Positions 14,000 to 26,809 of a stretch of DNA of 64,000 bases are shown here, piece after piece; position 1 is the first letter of the stretch, and the number at the start of each line of letters is the position of its first letter. Below the pieces are notes generated by a model. The model was not told where the DNA came from, did no database searches, and saw nothing but the letters and a program-made list of their open reading frames with translations. The DNA lies in assembly GCF_009914755.1 (NCBI RefSeq), contig NC_060947.1. One strand, written 5' to 3'. Made by a program: the position numbers and the translations under genes. This DNA is from the human T2T-CHM13v2.0 reference genome, Homo sapiens.

Positions 14000-15400
14000 A
14001 GCATTAAGGCTTAAAATTTTAAAAGGTAGAAAAACAGACTGTGTATATTTAACCTTTATAAGTTTGAATGTCAGGAAAGATGACAACATTCTACATAGTA
14101 CAAGAAATGTATCAACTATATTTACCCCGTAGTCCCTATAGGTCTTATCTTCCTGCCAGATTTTGGACTTCAGGAACTGTGACTTCTGGGTAGGTCTTAG
14201 GAGACAGCTACACTTCAATAGTGTTGGAGGATGTTAACCATCCCCTGGGGAAAAGGGACTAAACTCATGTTGTCCCCAGATGTACTGTAGGTTGTCATAA
14301 AAACTCTCTCTTTATTGGGGGTGAACTTAGGGCTCTTAAGAGGTAGCCATGTAACAAGATTAGCTCCACAAAGCTCTATAGTTTTTCCTAAAAGGGCTTG
14401 GGCAGCATTGCCAACTAGGTCAAATTAGACTGTGAGCTGTTCTCTCTAAAGCACATAAAGTTTGGAGCCCCCGTAAAAGATGTTCCTCCCTTCATGCTGG
14501 CAAAGCCTGATTCTTTTCTCAATCAGTCCCACACAGTGAACACAAAAGAGGAAAGCCTTAATCAATAAGGTAAAAATCGTTGTACAAGTCATTGCACAAA
14601 TCAGATTAGTTAGGTTAGGAAGTTCCAAGGCTTAGTGATTTGGAGGCTGGAGAAATCTATCTCAGCTATCACATAGAGAGTCAATATTTTCCACGAAGAA
14701 GGGAAATCTTTGGAAACTTGCAGCAAATCTCAGCTCATGCATTTTTAGCAGGAGCTTGGTCATGTCCACACTGAAACCATCAGGGCAGAGGGAATGAGGA
14801 CCTCCTAGTGTGTTCAGATCACTCATAATTCCCTCAAGGAATAAAAAAGAGCAGAGAGGTCTTTGCTCTGAGCATACTGGGGTGATTGTCACACACTACC
14901 TGACTGCTAGTAGAAGTAGAATGGTTTCTGCAGCAGACACTGGCAATGACATAACTCAGGTAAGGGGCCTGGGAAGGTTAGAAAATGCAGCATAGCTCCT
15001 GAATGCTTCCCACATACCTGGCACTTATAGGTGATTCCCCCATTGTAGATACCCAGATGTACAAAGTTCAACTTCTGGTGTTTAGCTCCCTCACAAAGGC
15101 TATTCTCAAAGCTTTTTCTCTTTTTTGAGTTATGCTATGTTGAACAAAGAGACAATACATTCCCTGCAGTCTTAAGGCCTCTTGCCAGCATGAAGTCTCT
15201 TGTGTGCTAAATGAGCTTAAAAGATAGAGCTAAATGGTCACCAAAACTGCTATGTTCATGAGGCCTTTCTCCAGTGTGAACTTTTATGTGCCACAAAAAG
15301 TGGGAGCATCTGCTGTAAGCTTTCCCACATTCGCTGAACAGATAGTGTCTTGCGCCAGTGTGAACATTCTGGTGTTTGAGGCTGGAGTTGCCATGAAATC
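14000..15400 (-). pseudogene. Decayed C2H2 zinc-finger retrocopy fragment (last fingers, stop and probable 3'UTR), ZNF304-like
   Basis: Minus-strand translation of ~15390-15207: NSSLKHQNVHTGARHYLFSECGKAYSRCSHFLWHIKVHTGERPHEHSSFGDHLALSFKLI*; further degenerate fingers downstream (HKRLHAGKRP*DCREC; YKCQVCGK at ~15005-15030). Left boundary is a guess. Confidence 0.8.
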
Positions 15401-15838
15401 ATTTCTATGCTTATAAGTGTGATTAACATACATTTTTACTTTCTTGTGCTTTTCTGTCATATTTATTGCTAAACTCATAAAATAATTGAGGAATTATCTA
15501 TCTTCTTTTCTGTATATTAGAACAGTTTTTGTTCAATTTAAATTAGCTTCTTTTAAAAAACGTTTAGTTGGTTTGATATCTTTGTGGTTGAAGAAATTTC
15601 ACTACTCTTTCTTTTATTTTATGGTTTTCTTCTTGATGGTCCACCTTGCTGGTTTATATTTCCTTAGGATTTTTTCATGTTATACAGATTTTCATATTAA
15701 TTCCTAAAACGTTGTTCATTATATGTTATTATTTTTAACTTTATTTAATGTTAAGTAATATATTACTAAATTATTTGCCCACTTTTATTACTGATGCTGT
15801 TTATTAAGGGCTTTCTTCGCTTTAAAAATAAAATTACA

Positions 15839-16184
<346 letters not shown>

Positions 16185-17309
16185 TTATTCTTGTCAGAAA
16201 CAGTTTATGTATCTGTTGTTCAAATCTATAGCTTTTTTGTTTCATTATTTTACTTTAATAATTATTTCCTTCTATTTAGAGTGTTTTGTAATTTCCGTTT
16301 TGAGTTTCACTTTTACCCACAAATTACTCAAAATTGTGCATTTGTTTTTTGAGATATTTGAATTAGTGTGCTATGTACATTACCTTTTTGTCACTGATTT
16401 TAAAAAATTTTACTGTATGTTTTGTCACTTTTGTATTGTGGTTTTGGGGAAATCTGGAACTTTAATTGTGCTTTTACTTGTGCTTGTGTACATTTCTTCA
16501 AGTGCTTGAAAATAAATTTTATTTCATTCAGAGTGCAAATACAGTAGATGTATTAACTTAAGACTGCTACTGGGTTATTTCCCTCCTTTACCCAATTCCT
16601 TGAACTGCTGGTATCTGAGAGACATGTGTTACCTTTTCCAACTATCAGTTACTCTTTATAGCTTTACTGAATTTGCCTGATTAACCTTAGAATGGAAGGT
16701 TTTACTTAGAGCTGATTCCTCCCACACAGAGTGCAGGCAGGTTCGATTTATATTCCTGACTCTAACAACCCTCTGGCGAGAGCTTTCTGCACCAAATTCT
16801 GTACAATCTTAGCACAAGTATAGTCACTACTTTGTTCAATCTTATGGAGAATGTTAAAGAAGCTAATTGATATTCCCTCATCTCTCTACTGGTCCATGAT
16901 ATTTCCCAACTTAACTCAGATATCCTGCCACTGTTATCAGCGGTGGGTTTTCCTTGAAAATGCCCAAAACCTCAATTGCTTAGCCTAGCAGAGATTTTAC
17001 TAATCTAATGCATTTTTCAGACTTTGACCTTGACCATCTATCCACATCTTCCTCCCCTCTGCCTTGTCCATGTTCACGTTCTGAAAAATAGCTCATCTTT
17101 CAATTACTGTTTCACTTAAAAACAAGGGGGATATTTTCTCCATGGTTGTATATGGATATCTAATTTCCAGCTACTTAGATGGGGTTTCCTATTCCAAGTA
17201 GGGTCTCCCTTGGCTGGGAATGGGGATGGGAGAGGTTATATCAAATACATCTCACATGCCTCTTCAGAACCTCTTGGCTTTGTGTCTCAAGCTTTTGGGC
17301 ACCTGATCT

Positions 17310-17795
17310 TGTCCAGATGCTGCTGTGTCTACCACCTCAGCATGGACTCTAGCCAGCTTCACATATGCACAAACTAGCAACTTTTCTTATGTAACACTTC
17401 TCTAGAGGCATTCCTCTTTGGCACTGAGACATAAGATGTTGCAAGGCATGCTTAGTTCCAATGTGAATGCAATCCAGCAGAATAATGGAGCAAACCTTGG
17501 AGCAGTAAGAACTGGGAACCTGGAGCCAGCAGTAAAGCCTCCCACCCTCCTTCCAGATGGGTTGTCTTGAGACGCAGTTGTTCATATGCCACCTTGGAAG
17601 TTGGTCCCATGAGATGGCTCAGTCAGTAGTGCATGATACCAAGCACTTGTCCAGTTAGAAATGCAGAATTGAATTGCTTTTCTCTTCCTTTTCCCCTCAT
17701 TATGTCCCCTTCTTTCACTCCTGTTCCCTGAGGTGCAATCTCTAATAATATAATAGCACCTAAGTTAGTGTAACAAGTGTTTCTGGAGAAACAAC
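17310..17795 (+). mobile_element. Old ERVL LTR (LTR16/LTR52-like)
   Basis: TCACTCCTGTTCCCTGAGG..CTCTAATAAT..TGTTTCTGGAGAAAC 3'-end resemblance only. Confidence 0.4.
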
Positions 17796-20082
17796 ACCAA
17801 GCTGGGGCGAAGAAATGCATTGCAGAGCTCCATTTTCCTTTCTGTTTGTAGCTTCTAGGGTGATGGTATATTTTACACAAAATTGATGAGTGAGCTAATA
17901 TTCTATGGATACATCCAGCCCTGAACTGCACATGTCCACAAGGACAGTCTAGATAAAAAAATCGCTTGACTTCATCTCTCATGGCTTCTTGTACAATGTA
18001 TTCACATCTTGAGTTATGCTAAAAGGGTGAGAAGGACATTCTCAACTCTTGTATATAAGTTTTCTGCAATGCAAACTCAGGTTCTTAGGATGTGAGTGAC
18101 CAAAAAGAGCCTTTCCATCTCACTGGGATGCACCTGTTCTGACCAGGGAAAGTTATTGAGATGATTCTGTTTGGTCCCACTCAAGTCCATATGCAAGAAG
18201 CTCTTCCTTTTACACTCACTTCTCTAGGTGACTGGGGTCCCACTCTACATGTAAGGTCTTATGAGTGTCTTTAGATGAAAAAAAAGAGGCCTGTCCTGAG
18301 AGGCTACACTGAATGTGAATTGAGCGAATCTAGAGGTAGCCTGACTAACATCACACCTGCTGGACATTTTCATGTTGATTTGTAGGAAATAAACTGTCTG
18401 CTATTAAAGTGAGATTTAAAAAAATCTTCATCAGGTACCAACAGTAAGACAAATGAATCACCCCTTAGGTTCATTCCAAGTTGGATCCTGTCATTCTATA
18501 TTCTAATGCCTCACAAACCTTTTTCACTCTTCATTATTTCCTCTATCATTCCTCTCCCCTAAATCAAGGAATTTCTTTTTACTTTGGAGAGCTGAGAAGG
18601 GAGGAGGGAAGCTTTTCAGATTTTTCTGCTGATCATAACTTCTTCTAAATATATTGATTCTGAATCCAAATTATCCCTATTCCTCTAAACCTAAATGTTT
18701 GAAATTCAAAAACCAACATTTGATTATTTTTATGTCCCCCCTCTCCATTTCTGCTGAGTCAAACATAATGGCTATCTGATTAAGTAAGAGTTAAAGGGTA
18801 AAAAGAAATATCTGTAATAGGGGAACTTTGTTAAATTCTTCATGAATATTGTCCTGCCATGTTCCTGATGCTAATTGTACTTTCTTTCTTTCTTTTTTTT
18901 CCTATAATTGTCTCTTTCCTTCACTCTTTCTTTCACAACCCGCAAAATCAGGCACTTTAAAGAATAATAATAAAATAAACCTTTATGACCTTTATCAAGA
19001 TGAAGGAGATTCACCACACTGATCACTGAGCAGAAGAAATTGTAAAATGGAACTTTTAATATTTTAAAGCCATTTGGAATGCAGTTTGCATGAATGACTC
19101 AGATCTGTGGAGAGATGATGACCCTGGAGAATTTGCACTGACAACCATGGGAAGAAGACATGAGAGAGTAGCTTTTAATTGCATATTTAATTGACCTTGC
19201 AAGAAAATCAGTCTCATATTTGGTGAAGAGTACAATTACATAAAGATTCAAAAATATTATCATCCAAATAAGTTACTCAGACTATTTTATATTATTATTA
19301 GAATCACATAATATCTATACTCTGCATTATTTTGACAGTGCTAAGATAACCACCATCATGCTTTATAGCAGAAGGGATGGAAAGTAGTTAGGAGATAAAA
19401 GAAAACAGCTTCTATCAGTATTTTAGTAATTTTTAATCAATAACTATATCAAAGACTGAAAAGTTTTCAGATATAGTATTGAAACTGTCATATTTATAGT
19501 TAGTATAGATGTGCAATTTTTAAATATTTGTATAATTTTAAGGTGGCCTATTGCTTTTCCAGTCAATTGGACATTAATGTAATTTACAAGCATGCAAAAT
19601 CAGTTATTTTTGTATGTTTTCACTTTGGATAAAGCTAAATAAATTGTTATTTTAAAGAATAAACACATGTAATTTTTTCCAAGGGCACTTGTCCCAAGAA
19701 CCTTTTTCAGACAGGTTTTAGGGGACAAAGTTAACAAATATTTAGAAAAAGGCCTTGGCTCCTATAAAAATAAAACTTAGCCAAAGTCCTGTGTATAAGA
19801 GGAAACAGAAAGATAATTTTAGAAGTTACAAGATACGAAATGATCACTGTTTTATGTGAGAGAAAGCAAAAGTATTTTCTCAGACCCAGGACATAGACCA
19901 GACAGTCACTTGTCATGATAAGCAGTAATTTTGGGTGAAAGAAGCAAGATCTAAGGTCACATGGGAACTGTGACCTATTAGAACTTTAGCTTGGTTACTT
20001 ATGAGTACATTTCCATATAGAATTATGTGAATTGCAGTTATGACTCTCAGAATATAAGCTACAAAATGTTTGACAATTCCTA

Positions 20083-20367
<285 letters not shown>

Positions 20368-20516
20368 CTAATTCATCCTAGATGTGGCCCATTGATGTAG
20401 GGGAGAGTAAAGAAAAAATACCTCTCTTCCCAATTCAGAGAAGGAAGAGGGGAAGCAGTTGTGTAGGACACAGTAGCACCATACTGAAGAGCTTGCCAGC
20501 TAATTTCCTAGGAACT

Positions 20517-20548
20517 TCATTCATTCATTCATTCATTCATTCATTCAT
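20517..20548. repeat. (TTCA)n microsatellite
   Basis: Read directly. Confidence 0.9.
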
Positions 20549-21003
20549 TTAGCATCAAAAAGGAGGAAGACATTGAACATCAAGCAGGATTTTATTGGCC
20601 TAGAAACTATGAGAAAAAATAGTTGTTGCCCTCAAACTACCCTACTAATGAGCTACAAAATGTGAGGCTTTTTTTTTTTTTTGCATGTGTATACATGTTC
20701 ATGAACAAACCTTCAGGATGGCTTTTATATTCTGAAAACAATATGTAATCAATTAACTTAGTTTTTTAAAACCAATGTTTAATTAATTACAGTCAGAAAT
20801 TGAAACACCTGATTTTTCCACAGGCTTTAGGTTCCACTTGACAGTTTTATTATTTTATTATTTTGAAGCTGGAAAACTTAATCAACTTTAAAAGGCATTT
20901 AGTAAATATTTGGTCCCATTTAAAATACCTTGGAACAATTTTAAACCGCATATTTAAATGTAATATTAAGTTTCCTCCTTACATATACCACTTATCTGAA
21001 GTG

Positions 21004-21947
21004 TATATCTGACAAAGGTCTAACATCCAGAGTCTAAGAAGAACTTACACAAATTTGCAAGAAAAAAAACCAACCCCATCAAATAGTGGGTGAAGGATAT
21101 GAACGGACACTTCTTAAAAGAAGACATTTATGTAGCCAACAAGCATATGAAAAAAAGCTCATCATCACTGGACATTAGATAAATGCAAATCAAAACCACA
21201 ATGAGATACCATCTCATGCCAGTTAGAATGGAGATCATTAAAAAGTCAGGAAACAACAGATGCTGGAGAGGATGTGGAGAAATAGGAACGCTTTTACACT
21301 GATGGTGGGAGTGTAAATTAGTTCAACCATTGTGGAAGACAGTGTGGTGATTCCTCAAGGATCTAGAGCTAGAAATACCATTTGACCCAGCAATCCCATT
21401 ACAGGGTATATACCCAAAGAATTATAAATCATTCTACTATAAAGATACATGCACAAGTATGTTTATTGCAGCACTATTTACAATAGCAAAGACTTAGAAC
21501 CAACCCAAATGTCCATCAATGATAGACTGGATAAAGAAAATGTGGTACATATACTCCATGGAATACTATGCAGCCATAAAAAAGAATTAGTTCATGTCTT
21601 TGCAGAGACATGGATGAAGCTGGAAACCATCATCCCCAGCAAACTAACACAGGAACAGAAAAATCAGACACCACATGTTCTCACTCATCAGTGGGAGATG
21701 AACAATGAGAACACATGGACACAGGGTGGGGAGCATCACACACTGGGCCTGTCAGGGGTTGGGGGGAAAGTGGAGGGAGGGAGGGAGAGCATTAGAACAA
21801 ATACCTAATGCATGCGGGGCTTAAAACCTAGATGATGGGTTGATAGGTGCAGCAAACCACTATGTCACATGTATACCTACATAACAAATCTGCACATTCA
21901 GCACATGTATCCCAGAACTTAAGGTAAAAAAAAAAAAAAGAAAAAAA
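21004..21947 (+). mobile_element. 5'-truncated L1PA7/8-type LINE-1
   Basis: ORF2 3' end and 3'UTR (CTAATGCATGCGGGGCTTAAAACCTAGATG), poly(A). Confidence 0.95.
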
Positions 21948-22246
21948 GAGAGTTTTACTTAAAAAAAAAAGGATTGAACTGCCTAAGTAATGAACTTCAC
22001 GTCATTGGGAAGCTTCAAGAAGTTAGTGCATGAAAACCACCTTTCAAAGTTGCTTTATGGGGATTCCTTATTGATTTTTGAGGCTAGACTAGGCTAAAAG
22101 TAAGTGCTTTCCAGCATATACTAGTGATTCTTCATTATTATGGAAAAAACTCACATGTAGAGATGATCAATGAAGAAAAAACTTTAAAGATGTTTGTGAG
22201 GCACTGATTTATATTTATATTGTAGTTTGCGACAGCGGCCTCAGAT

Positions 22247-22401
22247 GTCCTTTTCTTTCTTTCTTTTTCTTCCTTCCTTCCTTCCTTCCTTCCTTGCTTC
22301 CTTCCTTCCTTCCTTTCTCTTCCTTCCTTTCTCTTCCTTCCTTTGTCTTCCTTCCTTTCTCTTCCTTCCTTTCTCTTCCTTCCTTTCTCTTTCTTTCTTT
22401 C

Positions 22402-22461
<60 letters not shown>

Positions 22462-22472
22462 TCTTTCTTTTT
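22247..22472. repeat. Polypyrimidine (CTTC)n/(TTTC)n tract, derived from the tail of the adjacent antisense L1
   Basis: About 225 bp almost purely C/T on the + strand, contiguous with the L1 3' end. Confidence 0.9.
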
Positions 22473-23458
22473 TTATTATACTTTAAGTCCTGGGATACAC
22501 GTGCAGAATGTGCAGATTTGTTACACAGGTATACATGTGCCATGGTGGTTTGCTGCACCCATCAGCCCATCATCTACATTAGGTATTTCTCCTAATGCTA
22601 TCCCTCCCCTAACCCCCCATCCCCCGACAGGCCTCACTGTGTGATGTTCCCCTCCCTGTGCCCATGAGTTCTCATTGTTCAACTCCCACTGATGAGTGAG
22701 AACATGCAGTGTTTGGTTTTCTGTTCCTGTATTAGTTTGCTGAGGATGATGGTTTCCAGTTTCATCCATGCCCCGGCAAAGGACATGAACTAATTTTTTT
22801 TTTACGGCTGATTCTATGGTGTATATGTGCCACATTTTCTTTAACCAGTCTTAAGATTGATGGGCATTTGGGTTGGTTCCAAGTCTTTGCTATTGTGAAT
22901 AGTGCAGCAATAAACATACATGTACATGTGTGTTTATAGTAGAATGATTTATAATCCTTTGGGTACATACCCAGTTATGGAATTGCTGGGTCAAATGGTA
23001 TTTCTAGTTCTAGATCCTTGAGGAATCGCCACACTGTCTTCCACAATGGTCAAACTAATTTACACTCCCACCATCAGTGTAAAAGTGTTCCTATTTCTCC
23101 ACATCCTCTCCAGCATCTGTTGTTTCCTGACTTTTTAATGATTGCCATTCTAACTGGCAAGAGATGGTATCTCATAGTGGTTTTGATTTGCATTTCTCTA
23201 ATGACCAGTGATGATGAACTTTTTTTCATATGTTTGCTGGCTGCATAAATGTCTTCTTTTGAGATGTGTCTGTTCATATCCTTTGCCCACTTTCTTTTGG
23301 GGTTGTGTTTTTCTTGTAAATTTGTTTAAGTTCCTTGTTGATTCTGGATATTAGCCCTTCTGCACAACAAAAAAACTATCATCAGAGTAAACAGGTGACC
23401 AACAAAATGGAAGAAAATTTTTGCAATCTACCCATCTGACAAAGGGCTAATATCCAGA
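22470..23458 (-). mobile_element. L1PA7-type LINE-1 with 5' inversion (23361-23458 in the opposite orientation)
   Basis: Antisense 3'UTR/ORF2 ([23 protein letters not shown]); sequence flips at ~23360. Confidence 0.95.
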
Positions 23459-25139
23459 TTTCCTATTTCATATGAATGTTTTTCTAGGAGAAAAAGCACT
23501 TAAATGTAACATTTCTATGTGCTTTGTGGGTGTTTTCTGTTGTTAGGAATAGCTCTATCTTTTATGATAGAGATGTGTCTAAGCTTTGAAATTTTTTCCT
23601 AACTAGTAATAATTTTTACTTTATTCCTCACTTGTTGTGTTAAATGCCACTTTGTGCAATAACTAATTTTATCGCCAATTCTAACAAATATCAGAAAGCA
23701 AATTCCTGTATCTGATTCAGGAAATACAGTTCTTAAACATTGACAGGATTCAACATACCCTCCCAAATAAACATACATTGAAATAAGTAGTATATATTTA
23801 TCTTTCTTTAGAGAAAGAACATTCAAATTTCATTTCTAGTTTTAATTAGCAGTTACTTTCTTATTTGGGGACCTCTTTCATAAAACATGCATTCTTAATT
23901 TTTTGCACAGCCCCCCCAAAATTTTTTTCTGGCTCAGTTTTCATGTAACTCATTTTTTAAAGTGGAAAATAGAGGATATCATGTTTGCTTTACACATTGG
24001 TGGTTATTTATCAATCTAGAGGAAGATGGTTGATTGGGGAGAGGATGTTCAGAGATGACAGCTCAGGCAGCTATACTCAGAAATATGGGGGGCTTAGAAC
24101 TTCAAGGGGTTGAGACAGGTAATCAAGTCCTATAAGTCTTTTAAAAATAAAAATCTACTCATGGTCTCTTACTATGTATGTATGTTTCATATATTTGAAA
24201 CACATTTAACTTACAAAAGGTTTAAGTTAAAAATTGCTCTTGGGTGAAATGAATGGATATATACCAAAGACAACTAAAAGAGAAAATTATGTAAATACTG
24301 ACGCTTCTGGGATATTCAAAGCCACTGCAAACACGAATACCCCTCATGTTGTCGTGACTGGATATATATTTATAAAGATCTCCATGTCCTCCAGGTTGCT
24401 ATTTTTCACTAACTAATTTAGGCAGATTTTATAAAACTTTCCTACGTGGTCAGATGTATAATATTTTAAAAAACACAAAGAAACAAAAATTATGACCTTG
24501 CAGTTTTTAAAAACAACTCCAGCATTTCCTGAGAGATTACCTTGTTGTAGGCAGAGCTGGTGGTTCAAGTGAGGCCTGGCCACTATGCATGAGAAAAAGT
24601 AGAAGGCATAGTTTGTTGTCATCTACACATGGGTCAGTGCCTTGTCACAAAACTGCCATTTAGTACCTCATAGTGCTCAATATTGAAAACAGTAATAGAG
24701 ATATAAAGAAACTTTTTCCCCGACACTTTATTTCTGTCCTCTTTCTCTCCCAATACTTTACATTTACTTGAAATAGCCAGTGAATTTTAACATCTTCCCT
24801 TTCTGACATATGACATTAGAGCTCTGCTCACTTAGCACCTCAGTAATATTCATTGCTTTTTCAGCATATTTCAAAGCTTTTTCTTTCCCAAATTTTGACC
24901 TAACAACTACTGAGAACCTATTATTCTATCACTGTAGGGCATAGAAAGTATAATTAAACGTGATACTTCTCCACAAAAAGCTAAGATGTGCATAAATAAC
25001 TAGAGTGATAGTTCAAGTTGACATCTCAGAGATAAGGGCAAGTGGAAATTGTACAATAGAGAGATTGCCTCCAGCTGGTGAGTTTGGAGGAGGCTGCTCA
25101 GCCTTTTAACTAGGCTTTGAAAATAGACAAAGCACTGAC

Positions 25140-26803
25140 AAATGCATATGGCAAAGAGTTGCTGTTAACTTGCACTCTTTCCTTCCCCTCCTCTACTCTC
25201 TTGAATGCGTGCTATCACTCTTTCATCCCCATCTATGGTCTAAACCCACTTGTCATAGCTACCTTCATGTTATCAAATCCAGTGGTCAACTCTCAGTCTT
25301 CCCCTTCACTGAACTTTCAGTGGCATTTGATAGAATTTATCTGCCCTCCTTCTTAAAACACTTTCTTTTCTTAGCTTATGAGACACCATGCTACTCTCCT
25401 GATTTTCCCCATGTTTTGGTGCCCACTTGTTTCCAGCTTCCTTTGTTATAATCTGCTTTTACCCATCTTTGAATTTTACTATGTCCCAGAGTCGAGTACT
25501 GAGACTTCTATCCACACATTTCAATAGGTCAGTTGTTCTTAAGTGTGATTGCACATGAGAATGACCAGAAAATATTTTAAAATTTAGCATTACTCTGACC
25601 CCTCTGCTCAGATTTAGATTCAGATGGGGATGGGAGGGCATCAGTATTTTATTTTAAAGCTCCCCCAGTGAATTAAATGTGTGACATGATTGAACAACAG
25701 TGAATAGGGTGATCTCATCCAGTTCCATGACTCCAAATGTCACCAAAAAAAAATCCGGTGACTCAGATTATTATCTCCAGCCTTGAGCTTTCTGTTTAAC
25801 TCAAGCCTCATAACTAAGGGATTACTAGAAAATTCCATTTTGCTGTCTAATGCCTATTTCAGTTAACATGTCCAAAATAGACCTTTTGATTCCTCATCAA
25901 ATTTTCCATTTATCCAAGGTTTCTTATACAGAAAATGGAACATGCCGTAATCCACCCTGCTGTTCAGGCCCCAAACTTGGGAGTTATCCTGGATTACTGT
26001 CATTCTCTCTTTTCCCACATCCAACTCATTAGTAAATATACTTATTACTATCTTCCAAAGTAATCTTTAATTTGCTTATTTCATACCACTTCTTCCCCAA
26101 TCTCTGCAGTTTAAGTCACCATAATTTCTTAGTTAGACTAGTCCTTAGCCTCCTAATTCATCTCCTGTATTCACTCTTTCCATCAACCCCACCATCTGTA
26201 TACAGCTGCAATGTAATCCTTCTAAAAAAATAAATAAAATCATACCACTTTTCTGCTCTCAATCCTCCAAACAGTTTCTATCACACTTAGAATAAAACCC
26301 ATTTATTTACTATAGTCCATATGATTGGGGGATTGACCTCTACTTACTCTGGCCTCATTTCTCACCATTTTTAGAAACCCCTCATTCAAGGTGCATTGGC
26401 CACAATAGTCTCCTTGCTATTCCTTGTATACCTCACACATGCTCCTATCATGGGCCTTTGTGCTTACTATTACATAGATCCCAATATGATGTGGCTAGCT
26501 CTCTCGTATCATTCAGACTACAGGCATCTGGTCACATGTCACTCCTTTCAGGGAAAACTTCTGTGAGTGTTGGATCATAGGGACCTCTATCCCATTATTT
26601 TGTTTTATTTTTCATACCTGACATTTTGTTATGTTTGCTTACCTAATTTCTTTCTTCTCACTAGAATATAGGCTCCATTAGGATAGAATATAGGCTCCAT
26701 TGGTTACTTCATCATCATATCTCCAGCATCTAGAACAGCATCTTAAATGTATAGGTAGGTGCTTGCTAAATGCATACTGAATACATGAATTCATGAATGA
26801 ATG
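25140..26803 (+). mobile_element. L2 LINE remnant ending in a TGAA tail
   Basis: TCAAATCCAGTGGTCAACTCTCAGTC..CAGTGGCATTTGA..CTAGAATATAGGCTCCA..TGAATGAATG. Confidence 0.75.
25529..25702. mobile_element. MER5-like DNA transposon inside L2
   Basis: CAGTTGTTCTTAA..AAAGCTCCCCCAGTGAATT..AACAACAGTG. Confidence 0.6.
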
Positions 26804-26809
26804 TACAAA

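Noticed and set aside
22227-22644. F/L/S-rich and K/R/E-rich ORFs
   Set aside because: Translations of the (CTTC)/(TTTC) microsatellite
26661-26701. Short duplication TAGAATATAGGCTCCATT x2
   Set aside because: Real but ordinary slippage inside an L2
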